NCBI GenBank assembly: GCA_039935455.1
Contig: JBDTKF010000146.1
Coordinates: forward strand, 22,543-86,542
Direction: 5' to 3'
Length of the DNA: 64,000 nt
Source: Ginsengibacter sp.
Lineage (GTDB): Bacteria; Bacteroidota; Bacteroidia; Chitinophagales; Chitinophagaceae
Below the pieces are notes generated by a model. It was not told where the DNA came from. It was given only the letters and a program-made list of their open reading frames with translations, and made no database searches. Both the position numbers and the translations under genes were made by a program. Shown in pieces: positions 50,696-60,491 of the stretch. Position 1 is the stretch's first letter; the number at the start of each line of letters is the position of its first letter.

Positions 50696-52735
50696 ATGAG
50701 TAATTCAAAAAACTTTTTTCAAGAATATCCAAAAAAGATTCTAACTGCTTTAAGTTCATATTGCAGACTTTCTATTTTATTTTTAATTCTTTTATTCTTT
50801 ATCGCTGTATATGAAATTTTTGCCAGCCTGAACTCTCCTGTAGAATCACTTCCGATGGCAACAATAGCTGGTTCTATATTCATGAATTATCTCTATTATT
50901 GGTTGAAAACATTTGTCTTTTTTCTGATTCCTTATCTTATTCTTCATACTCTACTTAATCGGCTGGCTCAGTTTTTTTATATCTTTTTTGCAACGATCCT
51001 CCTTCTATTGCAGATTGCATTGATCCAATATTTCAATAAATCAATGGTTCCTTTAGGAGCTGATTTGTTTGCTTACTCTTTGACTGACATCAAACAAACG
51101 TTGGGTGCTTCAGGCGGAATAAGTATAATACAAATCATCTCTTTTGTATTTGCAATCGCTTTTTCATTATTCGTTTTTATCTATGTTTCAAAGAAAGTTA
51201 ACGTCCATAAATATGTGGCTCTTACTGTAACATTTCTTTCCATTTTTATTTTAGCTACCGGATTTTCTTTTTCCAACGTTGATGCTCTGAAAACAGAATA
51301 TGCCCGGACTTTGGTTCTGAATAAATCCGACTTTTTTCTCACACAATCTTACCATTATTTTTATCCTGAAATTGTAGAAACAGATATTTATTCTGACAGC
51401 TATTCAGGAGATTTTGGGAATGATCACTTAAAGGTGGAAGATTTTGTTTATGTAGATGAAGAGAAGTTTCCATTCCTACATAAAGATGAAACTCCGGATG
51501 TTTTATCTCCTTTTTTTAATCATAGTGATCAAAAACCAAACATCGTAATTATACTTGTGGAAGGCCTTGGGCGCGCATTTACGAATGAAGGAGCGGTGCT
51601 GGGGAATTTTACTCCATTCCTCGATTCTCTTTCAAAACAAAGTCTTTACTGGAACAATTTTTTAAGCTCTGCTGGTAGAAGCTTTGCAGTACTGCCCTCA
51701 GTTTTAGGATCTCTTCCCTTCGCCAAAAATGGGTTCAATGAATTAGGCGAGCATATGCCAAAGCATCTTTCTTTGACAAGTATCACACGCCACAGTGGAT
51801 ATAAAAGTGCTTTTTTTTACGGTGGAGATTCGAGATTTGATAACATGAATCTTTTTATGAAAAAAGATGGCGTTAATAATATTTATGATGAGGAAACTTT
51901 TCCCGTCGGATTCACGAAACTTCCTGCACATAACGGTTTTACCTGGGGTTATGGAGATAGTGAATTATTCAGGAGATACTTGCAACTGGAGCCCGACAAT
52001 GATGGCCAGCCTAAATTGAATGTGCTTTTTACCGTGGCGACTCATAGTCCTTTTTTGCTCAACAACCAGGAAAAATATAATCACTTATTTCAGGAAAGAA
52101 TGGATGAACTGAAATTTTCAGCAAACAAAAAATTGGCTTATCAGCAATTCCAGCCGCAATATGCAAGTATCTTGTATTTGGATGAGGCTATTAAAACTTT
52201 TATCAATAATTACAAACAACGTAAGGATTTTAAGAACACCATTTTTATTATAACGGGAGATCATCGGATGCCTGAAATTCCTATGCTGACAAAAATAGAT
52301 CGTTATCATGTTCCATTAATTATCTATTCTCCTCTTCTAAAACGAACAGCTGCTTTTTCTTCAATATCTTCTCATTTTGACATAGCACCGAGCCTGCTTG
52401 CTTTCCTGAATAATTCTTATTCGATAGAAAAGCCAACCCTCGCAAGCTGGATGGGAAGAGGTTTAGATACTTCACGATCCTTCTCCAACTCCCATCAATA
52501 TCCATTAATGCAAACAAAAAATGATGTAGTGGATTTCGTACAGGGAATGACGCATTTTAATAATAAATCGATTTTTTCTATTACCTCCGGGATGGATGAG
52601 GAACAAATAAATGATAAGGCCATATCTGATCAATTAATCGATGGTTTTGATCGCTTCAAAGTAAGGAATGAAAAATTCATTCAGGGCGCGGGGTTGATTC
52701 CCGATTCTATTTACGTAAAATATTTTCCCCACTAA
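50696..52735 (+). CDS. LTA-synthase-family / sulfatase-fold membrane phosphotransferase
   Basis: About five N-terminal TMs, then PNIVIILVEGL, AGRSF, TVATHSPF, YLDEA, TGDHR, VPLIIY, HFDIAPS. Confidence 0.85.
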   Translation: MSNSKNFFQEYPKKILTALSSYCRLSILFLILLFFIAVYEIFASLNSPVESLPMATIAGSIFMNYLYYWLKTFVFFLIPYLILHTLLNRLAQFFYIFFATILLLLQIALIQYFNKSMVPLGADLFAYSLTDIKQTLGASGGISIIQIISFVFAIAFSLFVFIYVSKKVNVHKYVALTVTFLSIFILATGFSFSNVDALKTEYARTLVLNKSDFFLTQSYHYFYPEIVETDIYSDSYSGDFGNDHLKVEDFVYVDEEKFPFLHKDETPDVLSPFFNHSDQKPNIVIILVEGLGRAFTNEGAVLGNFTPFLDSLSKQSLYWNNFLSSAGRSFAVLPSVLGSLPFAKNGFNELGEHMPKHLSLTSITRHSGYKSAFFYGGDSRFDNMNLFMKKDGVNNIYDEETFPVGFTKLPAHNGFTWGYGDSELFRRYLQLEPDNDGQPKLNVLFTVATHSPFLLNNQEKYNHLFQERMDELKFSANKKLAYQQFQPQYASILYLDEAIKTFINNYKQRKDFKNTIFIITGDHRMPEIPMLTKIDRYHVPLIIYSPLLKRTAAFSSISSHFDIAPSLLAFLNNSYSIEKPTLASWMGRGLDTSRSFSNSHQYPLMQTKNDVVDFVQGMTHFNNKSIFSITSGMDEEQINDKAISDQLIDGFDRFKVRNEKFIQGAGLIPDSIYVKYFPH

Positions 52736-53165
52736 TTCTTAAAAAAGACAAAACCAATAAAAGGTGAATCTTTATAATTAGATTTGACAGAGAGTTGAAA
52801 AAGTTTAGTGAACCAGAAGTCATTAAACTTTTTTTTGCCTTATCAAAAAGCAAAAAATGCTGCGGAATTGTTGTAGATTTTTAACCATTAGTTTGAGACG
52901 AATTTATGATATGGTTCAAATGCAGTTAAGGTGATTTCCGTTCAACCTTGATAATCTATCTCAGGAAAGACGTCCAATAAACGATTTTTAGACCTTGAAG
53001 AATAATCTATAAAATTAACAGCCCAAACATATTTGTTATCTGGCTGTTAGATTGCATCAATTAAATTGTTTGGCAGGTTGTATTATCCATCAGAGTTTGC
53101 ATACTCTTCAAAATCAACATTACTAATAAAAGGTTTTATTTTGAAATGCCAGCAACCATCCATCA

Positions 53166-54332
53166 CTACTTTTCTTTTTGTAATGATTGATAATAATCCG
53201 AAACGATTTCTGTTAGAAGTGGATTGTAAAAGTTCCAGAAGAATTTACGGGGATTATCCAATTCACCTGACGGATAAAATAAACGATTAAGAACACCAAT
53301 TCCTCTAAAATAGGAGCTCTTCATCGAGATTGGATTATCACAAAAGTTTCCAGAGAAATAATAGAATTTGTAATCCGCATTGCGATGAACTAATATGGCT
53401 GGAAAGCTAACTGGCAGATTGTTTTTCTTCAATATTTCTTTGCCTGCTGCATTCACATCCAATTTAAATGTTGCAATTGGCTCATTTATTGAAGGATCAT
53501 ATTTCATCACTTCAAACCAGTACCCATAGGCAGTCTTTGCAGGAATGCCGTATTTTTTCTGAATTGAATCAGTCGCATAAATATATGGTAAAGCAGACGT
53601 CAATTCATTTCCTTGTTCCAAAACAATCATTTTTTCATCGGTGTTTATGTAAACAATACCCTGACGATGAAATGGCCATTTTCCATTATTAGATTTTTTA
53701 TAATTATCAATAATCCATTGGGGTAAATCGGGATTATTTACCGTATCAAGCGAAGAAAAATACCGCCCAATCCAACCACTCCATTTTAAGCCAAAAAGAT
53801 TTTCAAAATCTCCACGGATCTCATCAGAAGTAGGAGTACCTATTGTATTGAATTCAGAAATGATCAATTTATGCTTCGCCTTCATCATCGTAAGCAATTG
53901 AATATCTTGTTCGCTCAAACCACCATAAATTTTCCCCGCACCAATAGCTTTCCTTTTTTTATACCAATCCTTTCTATATACGCCATAGGTGTCAGTATAA
54001 TAGACTAAATCCGCATCATTGCTCAGTTTGTCCAACATCGGGGTAGAAAATCTTTCTAATCCTTTCAAACGAAATTTTTCGTCCTTCATTGGAAAAAACC
54101 CAAAATAATCATTGGTATTTTTATAAAGAGTAGTCTTCGATTTTGTAAATCGAAGGTTATTAAGCACCCAGGTAAATGAAGCGTGTTGCTCTGCATCAGT
54201 CATCTCAACCGTTTTATCAACTATTACGGCCACCATCTTCTTTTTAGAAGTAAATATCCATCCAAGCCACATTAGAAGTGGCAATAAGATAATGATAATT
54301 AAAACTATAGCAATCGTCTGTTTTCGAGTCAT
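53166..54332 (-). CDS. Membrane-anchored periplasmic protein of unknown function
   Basis: Single N-terminal TM then about 360 aa soluble domain with DKTV, DTYGVY, SEFN, WSGWIGRYF and YYFSG motifs; 2 bp from the upstream gene. Confidence 0.75.
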   Translation of the reverse strand: MTRKQTIAIVLIIIILLPLLMWLGWIFTSKKKMVAVIVDKTVEMTDAEQHASFTWVLNNLRFTKSKTTLYKNTNDYFGFFPMKDEKFRLKGLERFSTPMLDKLSNDADLVYYTDTYGVYRKDWYKKRKAIGAGKIYGGLSEQDIQLLTMMKAKHKLIISEFNTIGTPTSDEIRGDFENLFGLKWSGWIGRYFSSLDTVNNPDLPQWIIDNYKKSNNGKWPFHRQGIVYINTDEKMIVLEQGNELTSALPYIYATDSIQKKYGIPAKTAYGYWFEVMKYDPSINEPIATFKLDVNAAGKEILKKNNLPVSFPAILVHRNADYKFYYFSGNFCDNPISMKSSYFRGIGVLNRLFYPSGELDNPRKFFWNFYNPLLTEIVSDYYQSLQKEK

Positions 54333-54334
54333 AA

Positions 54335-55582
54335 TTAGAATCTTCTTTGATAACCCACACTAAAAAGATACTGGTTGCCGGTTACTTTTGGTAAATATTC
54401 CTGTTGCAAATATGAGAAACTAAATAAGATCATATTGAATGTTTTGAAAGTATTTCGATAATTTGCTGAGACATGATATGATTTCAATTTGTAAGCATTT
54501 GCAAGTTGTACATTATTTGCAGTTTCATCCGGTGAAATTCCAGTGCCTAAGCCTATACCGAAATAATCTGTTCCCTTAAAATAGTATCTTGATAGAATGC
54601 TATAAGAATTGGATACAGATTTTGTTGCTGGTGTAATGTATGTTCTGAAATTGAACCAGTAGTTTTTGTAATATTTTCCCAGTGAAGCTGTATAAATCCA
54701 GGTATTACCACTAAAATGAAGATAGCGGAAACCTGCTTCTCCTTCGAAGCTTTTAGGCAGATTTGCATACAAAGAAAAGCCACCACGATATTGAGGAAAG
54801 ACGCTACTTTTATCGGAGATACCCGCGTTCACGTAACTGTAAAAAGTTTTCGAAATCCGGGGATAAGCATCCACTTCAAACTGAACCGCGTTTGTTCTAA
54901 ACCGGTTTGCATAATTTACGCGTCCTACAAATGATCCCGCCTTAGTTCCTCGAGAATATTCGAGGCTTACAATATGCCATGGATCATCGAATTGTTTATC
55001 GAAAATTGCCAAATCATAACTAATGCTTAATTTATTTTTAGCACTGAGATCTTTTATTTTTTCCAAAAGAGAACGCGCTTCGGCATTTTTGGGATCTATT
55101 TTTAACAAGACAATTAGATTGCTGTCAGCTTCATTAAATCTTTCCAAGTCGATTAAACTTTTCGTTTTTTTAAGAAGGATCACCTTTGATTGTGGATGAA
55201 ATACGAGTGCATTTTCAGCAATCTTTAAAGCTTCTTCCGGTCGATCATTCCAATATTCAAGATCCGCATAAGCGGAAGCGGCATCTTCATTGTCCGGCTG
55301 GCGTTCTAATACTTGTTTGAAACTTTCCCGTGCACTGTCAGTCTTGTCCCACCAGGTATAAACCCGGCCCAAAAAAATCTGGATGTCGGCATAATCAGGA
55401 CTAATCACCAATGCTTGTTTACTCAATTCAGTTGCAAGTTTGTAATCTTTTTTGTCAAATGCAGCAGTCCTTGCCAATTGAAAAAGTTCATCAGAAGAAA
55501 GTCGCTCCTGGCCTAAAACAAAATGAGGGACTATCGAAGCAGCAAAAAGGATTAAAAGAAATAATTGTTTTTTAAAGATCAT
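54335..55582 (-). CDS. TPR + YaiO-family outer-membrane beta-barrel
   Basis: Signal peptide; TPR motifs (PDYADIQIFLGRVY, PDNEDA, DPKNAEA); barrel WHIVSLEY, DAYPRI, FPQYRGG; C-terminal GYQRRF. Confidence 0.85.
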   Translation of the reverse strand: MIFKKQLFLLILFAASIVPHFVLGQERLSSDELFQLARTAAFDKKDYKLATELSKQALVISPDYADIQIFLGRVYTWWDKTDSARESFKQVLERQPDNEDAASAYADLEYWNDRPEEALKIAENALVFHPQSKVILLKKTKSLIDLERFNEADSNLIVLLKIDPKNAEARSLLEKIKDLSAKNKLSISYDLAIFDKQFDDPWHIVSLEYSRGTKAGSFVGRVNYANRFRTNAVQFEVDAYPRISKTFYSYVNAGISDKSSVFPQYRGGFSLYANLPKSFEGEAGFRYLHFSGNTWIYTASLGKYYKNYWFNFRTYITPATKSVSNSYSILSRYYFKGTDYFGIGLGTGISPDETANNVQLANAYKLKSYHVSANYRNTFKTFNMILFSFSYLQQEYLPKVTGNQYLFSVGYQRRF

Positions 55583-55650
55583 GAAATATAAAATTCAGTT
55601 GTTTAGGGTAAAAAAAGATTTATTTCATCAAATTTTCTTTGAAATTTCTA

Positions 55651-55680
55651 TTTGTTCTATTTAACGTAAAAGTACTTTTG
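55651..55680 (+). promoter_or_regulatory. Promoter upstream of rlmH
   Basis: TTTG at 55651-55654, 18-nt spacer, TACTTTTG at 55673-55680. Confidence 0.6.
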
Positions 55681-55703
55681 CATATTGCAACCAAATATTG
55701 AAA

Positions 55704-56177
55704 ATGAAAATTTATTTTTGGACAGTCGGAAAAGCGCATGAGACCTACGTAAAAGATGGAATCGAAACTTTTACAAAACGTATTTCTCATTATTATCCCA
55801 TTGAATGGAAAATTTTTCCATCCGCAAAAAATGCCGCACAGTTAACAGAAGAAGAAATAAAACATGCCGAAGGAATTCCATTGTTAAGTGCTTTACAAAA
55901 TGATGATGTGCTGGTTGCTTTGGATGAAAACGGAAAGCAATGGAACTCTATAGAATTATCGGCGTTCATTCAAAAAAAAGCAAATGAAAGTTCTAAAAAT
56001 ATTATTTTTCTAATTGGTGGCGCTTATGGACTACATGACAATATTCTAAAAAGATGTAACGAGAAATGGAGTCTTTCCAGATTGGTTTTCCCTCATCAAT
56101 TGGTTCGTTTGATTCTTGCTGAACAAATCTATCGCGCCTGCACAATACTTAAAAACGAAAAATATCATCATGCTTAG
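55704..56177 (+). CDS. rlmH: 23S rRNA (pseudouridine1915-N3)-methyltransferase
   Basis: ALDENGK, FLIGGAYG, SLSRLVFPHQLVRLILAEQIYRA, KYHH. Confidence 0.96.
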   Translation: MKIYFWTVGKAHETYVKDGIETFTKRISHYYPIEWKIFPSAKNAAQLTEEEIKHAEGIPLLSALQNDDVLVALDENGKQWNSIELSAFIQKKANESSKNIIFLIGGAYGLHDNILKRCNEKWSLSRLVFPHQLVRLILAEQIYRACTILKNEKYHHA

Positions 56178-56211
56178 TTTTTATGTAGGTTTGATGCTTT
56201 AAATAAAATAA

Positions 56212-56868
56212 ATGTCCGTCACAATAATCATCATCGTCGTAACAGTTATCGTTTCCATCATTGCATTCCGTTCACAAAAAGTAATGGATGATCTGATATT
56301 TTATCCAACTTCGATCACAGAAAAAAATCAGTATTACCGCTTTATTTCTTATGGATTTATTCATGCTGATATGTCCCATTTATTTTTCAACATGTATGCA
56401 TTTTATTTATTCGGAGGTGCATGTGAAAATTCATTTATGGAAATTTTTGGTCTCTATGGAAAAACCTACTATTTGCTGATGTATTTTTTAGCGTTAATTG
56501 CCTGTGTAATTCCTGATTTCAATAAACACAAAACAAACCCGGGATACAGAAGCCTGGGTGCTTCAGGAGCCGTGTCAGCAGTAGTTTTCGCTTATATTTT
56601 ATTTCAGCCTTTGCAAGGAATTGGTTTGTTATTTATTCCCATCTTTATTCCGGGATTTTTATTTGGAATAATCTTCCTGGTCGTTTCCTTTTTTTTAGGG
56701 AGAAAAAGCGGATCCAGAATCAATCATTCTGCGCATATTTGGGGGGCCATATTTGGTATTATTTTCCTGCTTTTATTCAGCCAGTTATTTTCAGACTATC
56801 CGTTGCTGGATAATTTTATAAGGTCTGTAAAAGAATTGGATCTTCGCCATATTTTTACGACTTATTGA
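56212..56868 (+). CDS. Rhomboid intramembrane serine protease
   Basis: YRFISYGFIHADMSHLFFNM, GASGAVS, NHSAHIWG. Confidence 0.93.
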   Translation: MSVTIIIIVVTVIVSIIAFRSQKVMDDLIFYPTSITEKNQYYRFISYGFIHADMSHLFFNMYAFYLFGGACENSFMEIFGLYGKTYYLLMYFLALIACVIPDFNKHKTNPGYRSLGASGAVSAVVFAYILFQPLQGIGLLFIPIFIPGFLFGIIFLVVSFFLGRKSGSRINHSAHIWGAIFGIIFLLLFSQLFSDYPLLDNFIRSVKELDLRHIFTTY

Positions 56869-58234
56869 ATTCAATTGTAAGCATATTTTTTGTCTGACCT
56901 GACAATTTGAACCGGTTGTCAATTCTTTTACCAATTATCCAGATAATTCTTTTATTGCTTTCAATAATCCAGGTTTTTTCTTTCTCAGTTGAAGACAATT
57001 TCTGATCAATGAAAAATTTACTGAGTTTCTTCTTTTTCTGCATTCCCAACGGATAAAAATAATCGCCCTGTTTCCACCTTCGTAATAATAACGGAAAAGA
57101 AATATCCGTTGCATCAAGTTTAGCCGTATTTTCAGAAGCAAAGTCTTTAAGTGGCGACATGTCTGTAACTGCTTCACTTTTAAAATTCAATTTCCCTAAT
57201 TCAAATGTGATTTGTTTGTCAGCTTCATCAATCAATATGTTACTGGCAATTAGATTATTAAGTGGCGCAATGATAAGCCAGTTGCGGTTCCTGATAACTT
57301 TATGCGAAGCCGATGAAATATATCTCCCGGTTTCTCTTTTTAATAAATTGACCACTTCTTCTGTTTGATGCGCCGTAAAATCATACTCTTTTATAATTTC
57401 ATAGATTATCGTTTTTAAAGGTTTCGCTTTCAATAATTTTATAACAGGAATATGAACTTCACTTCCTTTTCTCTCTAATAATTTTTCTTTATGAAGATTA
57501 ATAGATTGATGGTATAATGAATCTATTTCTTTAAACCTTTCAAGGTTATTCAATAAATTTTCCGACACCTGTGGAAATATTTTTTCGATTGATGGAATCA
57601 ATTGATGACGGAAATAATTGCGGGTATACTTATCAGAATTATTGGAAGAATCCTCAACAAACTGAAGATTATTTTCTTTGATGAATGAAATTATTTCTTC
57701 TCTTCTTGCGAATAACAAGGGTCGTATAATTTTCCCCTGCTTTGATAAAATTCCTTGCAAACCCTTTATTCCTGTGCCTTTGAAAAAATTCATCAAGAGT
57801 GTTTCTATATTGTCATCTGCATGATGAGCGGTCAGAAGATAGGCTGAGTTTTGAAATTTTAGATCAGGATCCTGGTTTACATTTTCTTTATTCTGTAATA
57901 ATTCATCGAACCATTGATACCTTAATTCCCGTGCAGCTACCTGAATTGAAACTTTATTTGTTTTTGCATAATCATTTGTATCAAATTTTTTTACAAATAA
58001 TTTCATCTGATATTTCTCTGCCAATTCTCGTACAAACCTTTCATCACGTTCACTCTCCTCACCTCTTAACTGAAAATTACAATGCGCAATTTCAAAATGA
58101 AATCCAGCCTGAAAACACAGCTCGCACAAAGTGACAGAGTCAGCACCACCACTAACTGCAAGCAATAAATAATCTTTTCTTTGAAAAAGGTTTTGTTGCT
58201 CTATATTCTTTGAAAATCGATTTAATAACGACAT
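56855..58234 (-). CDS. tilS: tRNA(Ile)-lysidine synthetase
   Basis: AVSGGADS, AARELRY, TAHHADD, RPLL, RNYFRH, RRWKQGD...KKKLSKFFID. Confidence 0.96.
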   Translation of the reverse strand: MSLLNRFSKNIEQQNLFQRKDYLLLAVSGGADSVTLCELCFQAGFHFEIAHCNFQLRGEESERDERFVRELAEKYQMKLFVKKFDTNDYAKTNKVSIQVAARELRYQWFDELLQNKENVNQDPDLKFQNSAYLLTAHHADDNIETLLMNFFKGTGIKGLQGILSKQGKIIRPLLFARREEIISFIKENNLQFVEDSSNNSDKYTRNYFRHQLIPSIEKIFPQVSENLLNNLERFKEIDSLYHQSINLHKEKLLERKGSEVHIPVIKLLKAKPLKTIIYEIIKEYDFTAHQTEEVVNLLKRETGRYISSASHKVIRNRNWLIIAPLNNLIASNILIDEADKQITFELGKLNFKSEAVTDMSPLKDFASENTAKLDATDISFPLLLRRWKQGDYFYPLGMQKKKKLSKFFIDQKLSSTEKEKTWIIESNKRIIWIIGKRIDNRFKLSGQTKNMLTIEFNKS

Positions 58235-58463
58235 TTTTAATTTTTATTCTAAACATCAGTAAACGAACAAATATCAGTGATTTCCAGTTTACTATGTTCT
58301 ATAAATTAAAATGTTTTAGGAATTGATTCTTTTGCTTTTTAGAAACAACATCAGAAATAAAAAATGGTTAACAAACAACCCGAATATTTTCATAGAAGGT
58401 ATCGCCGACATTACAATACCTTGGCCTGTAATGATTTTGATTGATTGGTATCAAACAATTTAT

Positions 58464-59807
58464 TTATTTTGAAGGTTTGGACAGCGCCACCATTTCTGCA
58501 GGAATCACAATGGTAAACCTAGTCTCTTTTCCATAATCAGAATTTACTTTTATATCAAAGTCATGAAATGAAATAATACTTTTCACGATAGATAAACCAA
58601 GCCCAAATCCCTCACCTTTATCTTTTCCAGTCTTTTTGAAGCGATTGAAAATGGTTTCCAATTCTTCCTTCCTGATTCCAATTCCAGTATCTTTTATAAA
58701 AATTTTATATGATTCACCAGAAACCAAACTGTCGCTGAGATGAATGGATCCATTGTCTTTATTATACCTGACCGCATTATTAATAAGATTGTAAAGAAGT
58801 TGGAAAATTAAATCGCGGTTTACTTGTTTCAATTTAATCCCTTTTGAAATATTATTGTTGAATTGAACAGATTTGGTTTCGAGACGAGGCGCAAGTTCTT
58901 CCATTACTTCCAGAGACAATTCCCGGATATCAAGCGTGTCATTTTTTGCAAACTGGTCATTTTCAATTCGGGAAATATAAAGTAAGGAATGAACAATTTT
59001 TTTAAGCCGGTTAACTGTTCTCATCATTCCGGAAACCCTCTCCTGCTGATCTACACTGGTGTTTTCTTCCATCATCATGTTTTCAATATTTGTTTGTAGA
59101 ATACTAATTGGAGTCATCAGTTCATGGGAAGCATTAGAAGTAAATTCCCTTTCTTTTTCAAAAGCTTCATGTATTTTTTCCATCAGGCTGATCAGAGAAT
59201 CATCCAAATATTTGAAATCAGTTGTTGTTGTTTTTATCGGTACGAGCTTTTCTACGAAAGGAAATTTTCGGTTTAACAACTTCGTTTGAACAATTCGGGT
59301 AAGTGGTCTGATAAGAATGTGTGTATATGCCAGATCTACAAGAATACTAATCACAATCAAACCAATCAAAATATAAAATGTAAAGCGCTGGAGAAGTTTA
59401 TTGTATTCACCAATGGTTGCTGTTGTTTTCCCAATCTCGAGGATATATTTCCGGCTTTGATAATCTAACGGATGCATGAGTATTCTGTAGTTCAATGTGT
59501 CCTCACCTACTATTCGCCGTGAAGTTTCTATGGTATCATGTACACTGTTTATTTCGGATGGAATTAGTGAAATATATTCTTCTTTCAACATCGTATAACT
59601 GGCATAAGCGCTATCGCCCTGGAGATAATAATCCATCCCGTTTTTATCTATGGTCGTCAGTACTTTTTTCTTTTGCTGTACCAGGTAATAATTAGTATAC
59701 CTAAAACTTACAATGCTGACTAAATAAGGAAGAAGTAACACAAAAAGTATTACGATAAGCAATTTAGACAACGTGATAAAAAGCGTAAGTTTAGTCAGCA
59801 GTTTCAC
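58464..59807 (-). CDS. Sensor histidine kinase (CusS/CpxA-like class)
   Basis: Two TMs; FTSNASHELMTP, NLINNAVRY, DTGIGI, GFGLGLSIV. Confidence 0.92.
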   Translation of the reverse strand: MKLLTKLTLFITLSKLLIVILFVLLLPYLVSIVSFRYTNYYLVQQKKKVLTTIDKNGMDYYLQGDSAYASYTMLKEEYISLIPSEINSVHDTIETSRRIVGEDTLNYRILMHPLDYQSRKYILEIGKTTATIGEYNKLLQRFTFYILIGLIVISILVDLAYTHILIRPLTRIVQTKLLNRKFPFVEKLVPIKTTTTDFKYLDDSLISLMEKIHEAFEKEREFTSNASHELMTPISILQTNIENMMMEENTSVDQQERVSGMMRTVNRLKKIVHSLLYISRIENDQFAKNDTLDIRELSLEVMEELAPRLETKSVQFNNNISKGIKLKQVNRDLIFQLLYNLINNAVRYNKDNGSIHLSDSLVSGESYKIFIKDTGIGIRKEELETIFNRFKKTGKDKGEGFGLGLSIVKSIISFHDFDIKVNSDYGKETRFTIVIPAEMVALSKPSK

Positions 59808-59813
59808 CGATAC

Positions 59814-60488
59814 TTAAATTTTAATTTTATAACCAATTCCTCTCATGGTTTGTAACCAGTCGACCGATGCAAAGGCCATCATTTTTTTTCTGATATTTTT
59901 GATGTGCACATCAATATAGTTGGAATCATAATCGTCATCCGAAAAATTTCCCCAAATGTGTTCACTTAACTGGAGCCGGGTAAGTGGCCTGTTTTTATGC
60001 AAGAGCATATAACTAAGCAAATCAAATTCTTTTCGGGTTAAATCAATTTGCTTTTCTTCAAATTGCACGATTCGTTTGTTGAGATCAACATTGAAATCGC
60101 CCAATTGCAGAATCGGATCATTATTGCCCGATTTTCGCCGTGAGATCGCGTGCATCCTGGATTGTAATTCGAGTAATGAAAATGGTTTCGGAAGATAATC
60201 GTCAGCACCCAAATCCAACCCCTTAATTCTGTCCTCCAGTTTTCCTCTCGCCGTAATAATAATGTATGATGCATTAGGGCAGATTTTTCTTGTATCATCT
60301 AAAAGTATAAGCCCATCACAATCGGGCAAACCCAGATCGAGCAGAATGAAATCGTAAGCATTTTCTACCATCAACTTTTTAGCCTCTTCCGCAGTGTAGG
60401 CTCTGTCGCAGAGATAAAATGCCTTTTCCAAAAAAGTCTTCATTTCCCTGGCGAGTGCTCTTTCATCTTCAATGATCAAGACTTTCAT
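59814..60488 (-). CDS. OmpR/PhoB-family response regulator
   Basis: IIEDE, LDLGLPD, GADDYLPKPF, LTRKEFDLL, IDVHIKNIRKK, RGIGY. Confidence 0.95.
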   Translation of the reverse strand: MKVLIIEDERALAREMKTFLEKAFYLCDRAYTAEEAKKLMVENAYDFILLDLGLPDCDGLILLDDTRKICPNASYIIITARGKLEDRIKGLDLGADDYLPKPFSLLELQSRMHAISRRKSGNNDPILQLGDFNVDLNKRIVQFEEKQIDLTRKEFDLLSYMLLHKNRPLTRLQLSEHIWGNFSDDDYDSNYIDVHIKNIRKKMMAFASVDWLQTMRGIGYKIKI

Positions 60489-60491
60489 GGA

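Noticed and set aside
55698-56177. SCC-like integration at rlmH for the polysaccharide locus
   Set aside because: The locus lies on the 5' side of rlmH, whereas known insertions use its 3' end; no recombinase is present.
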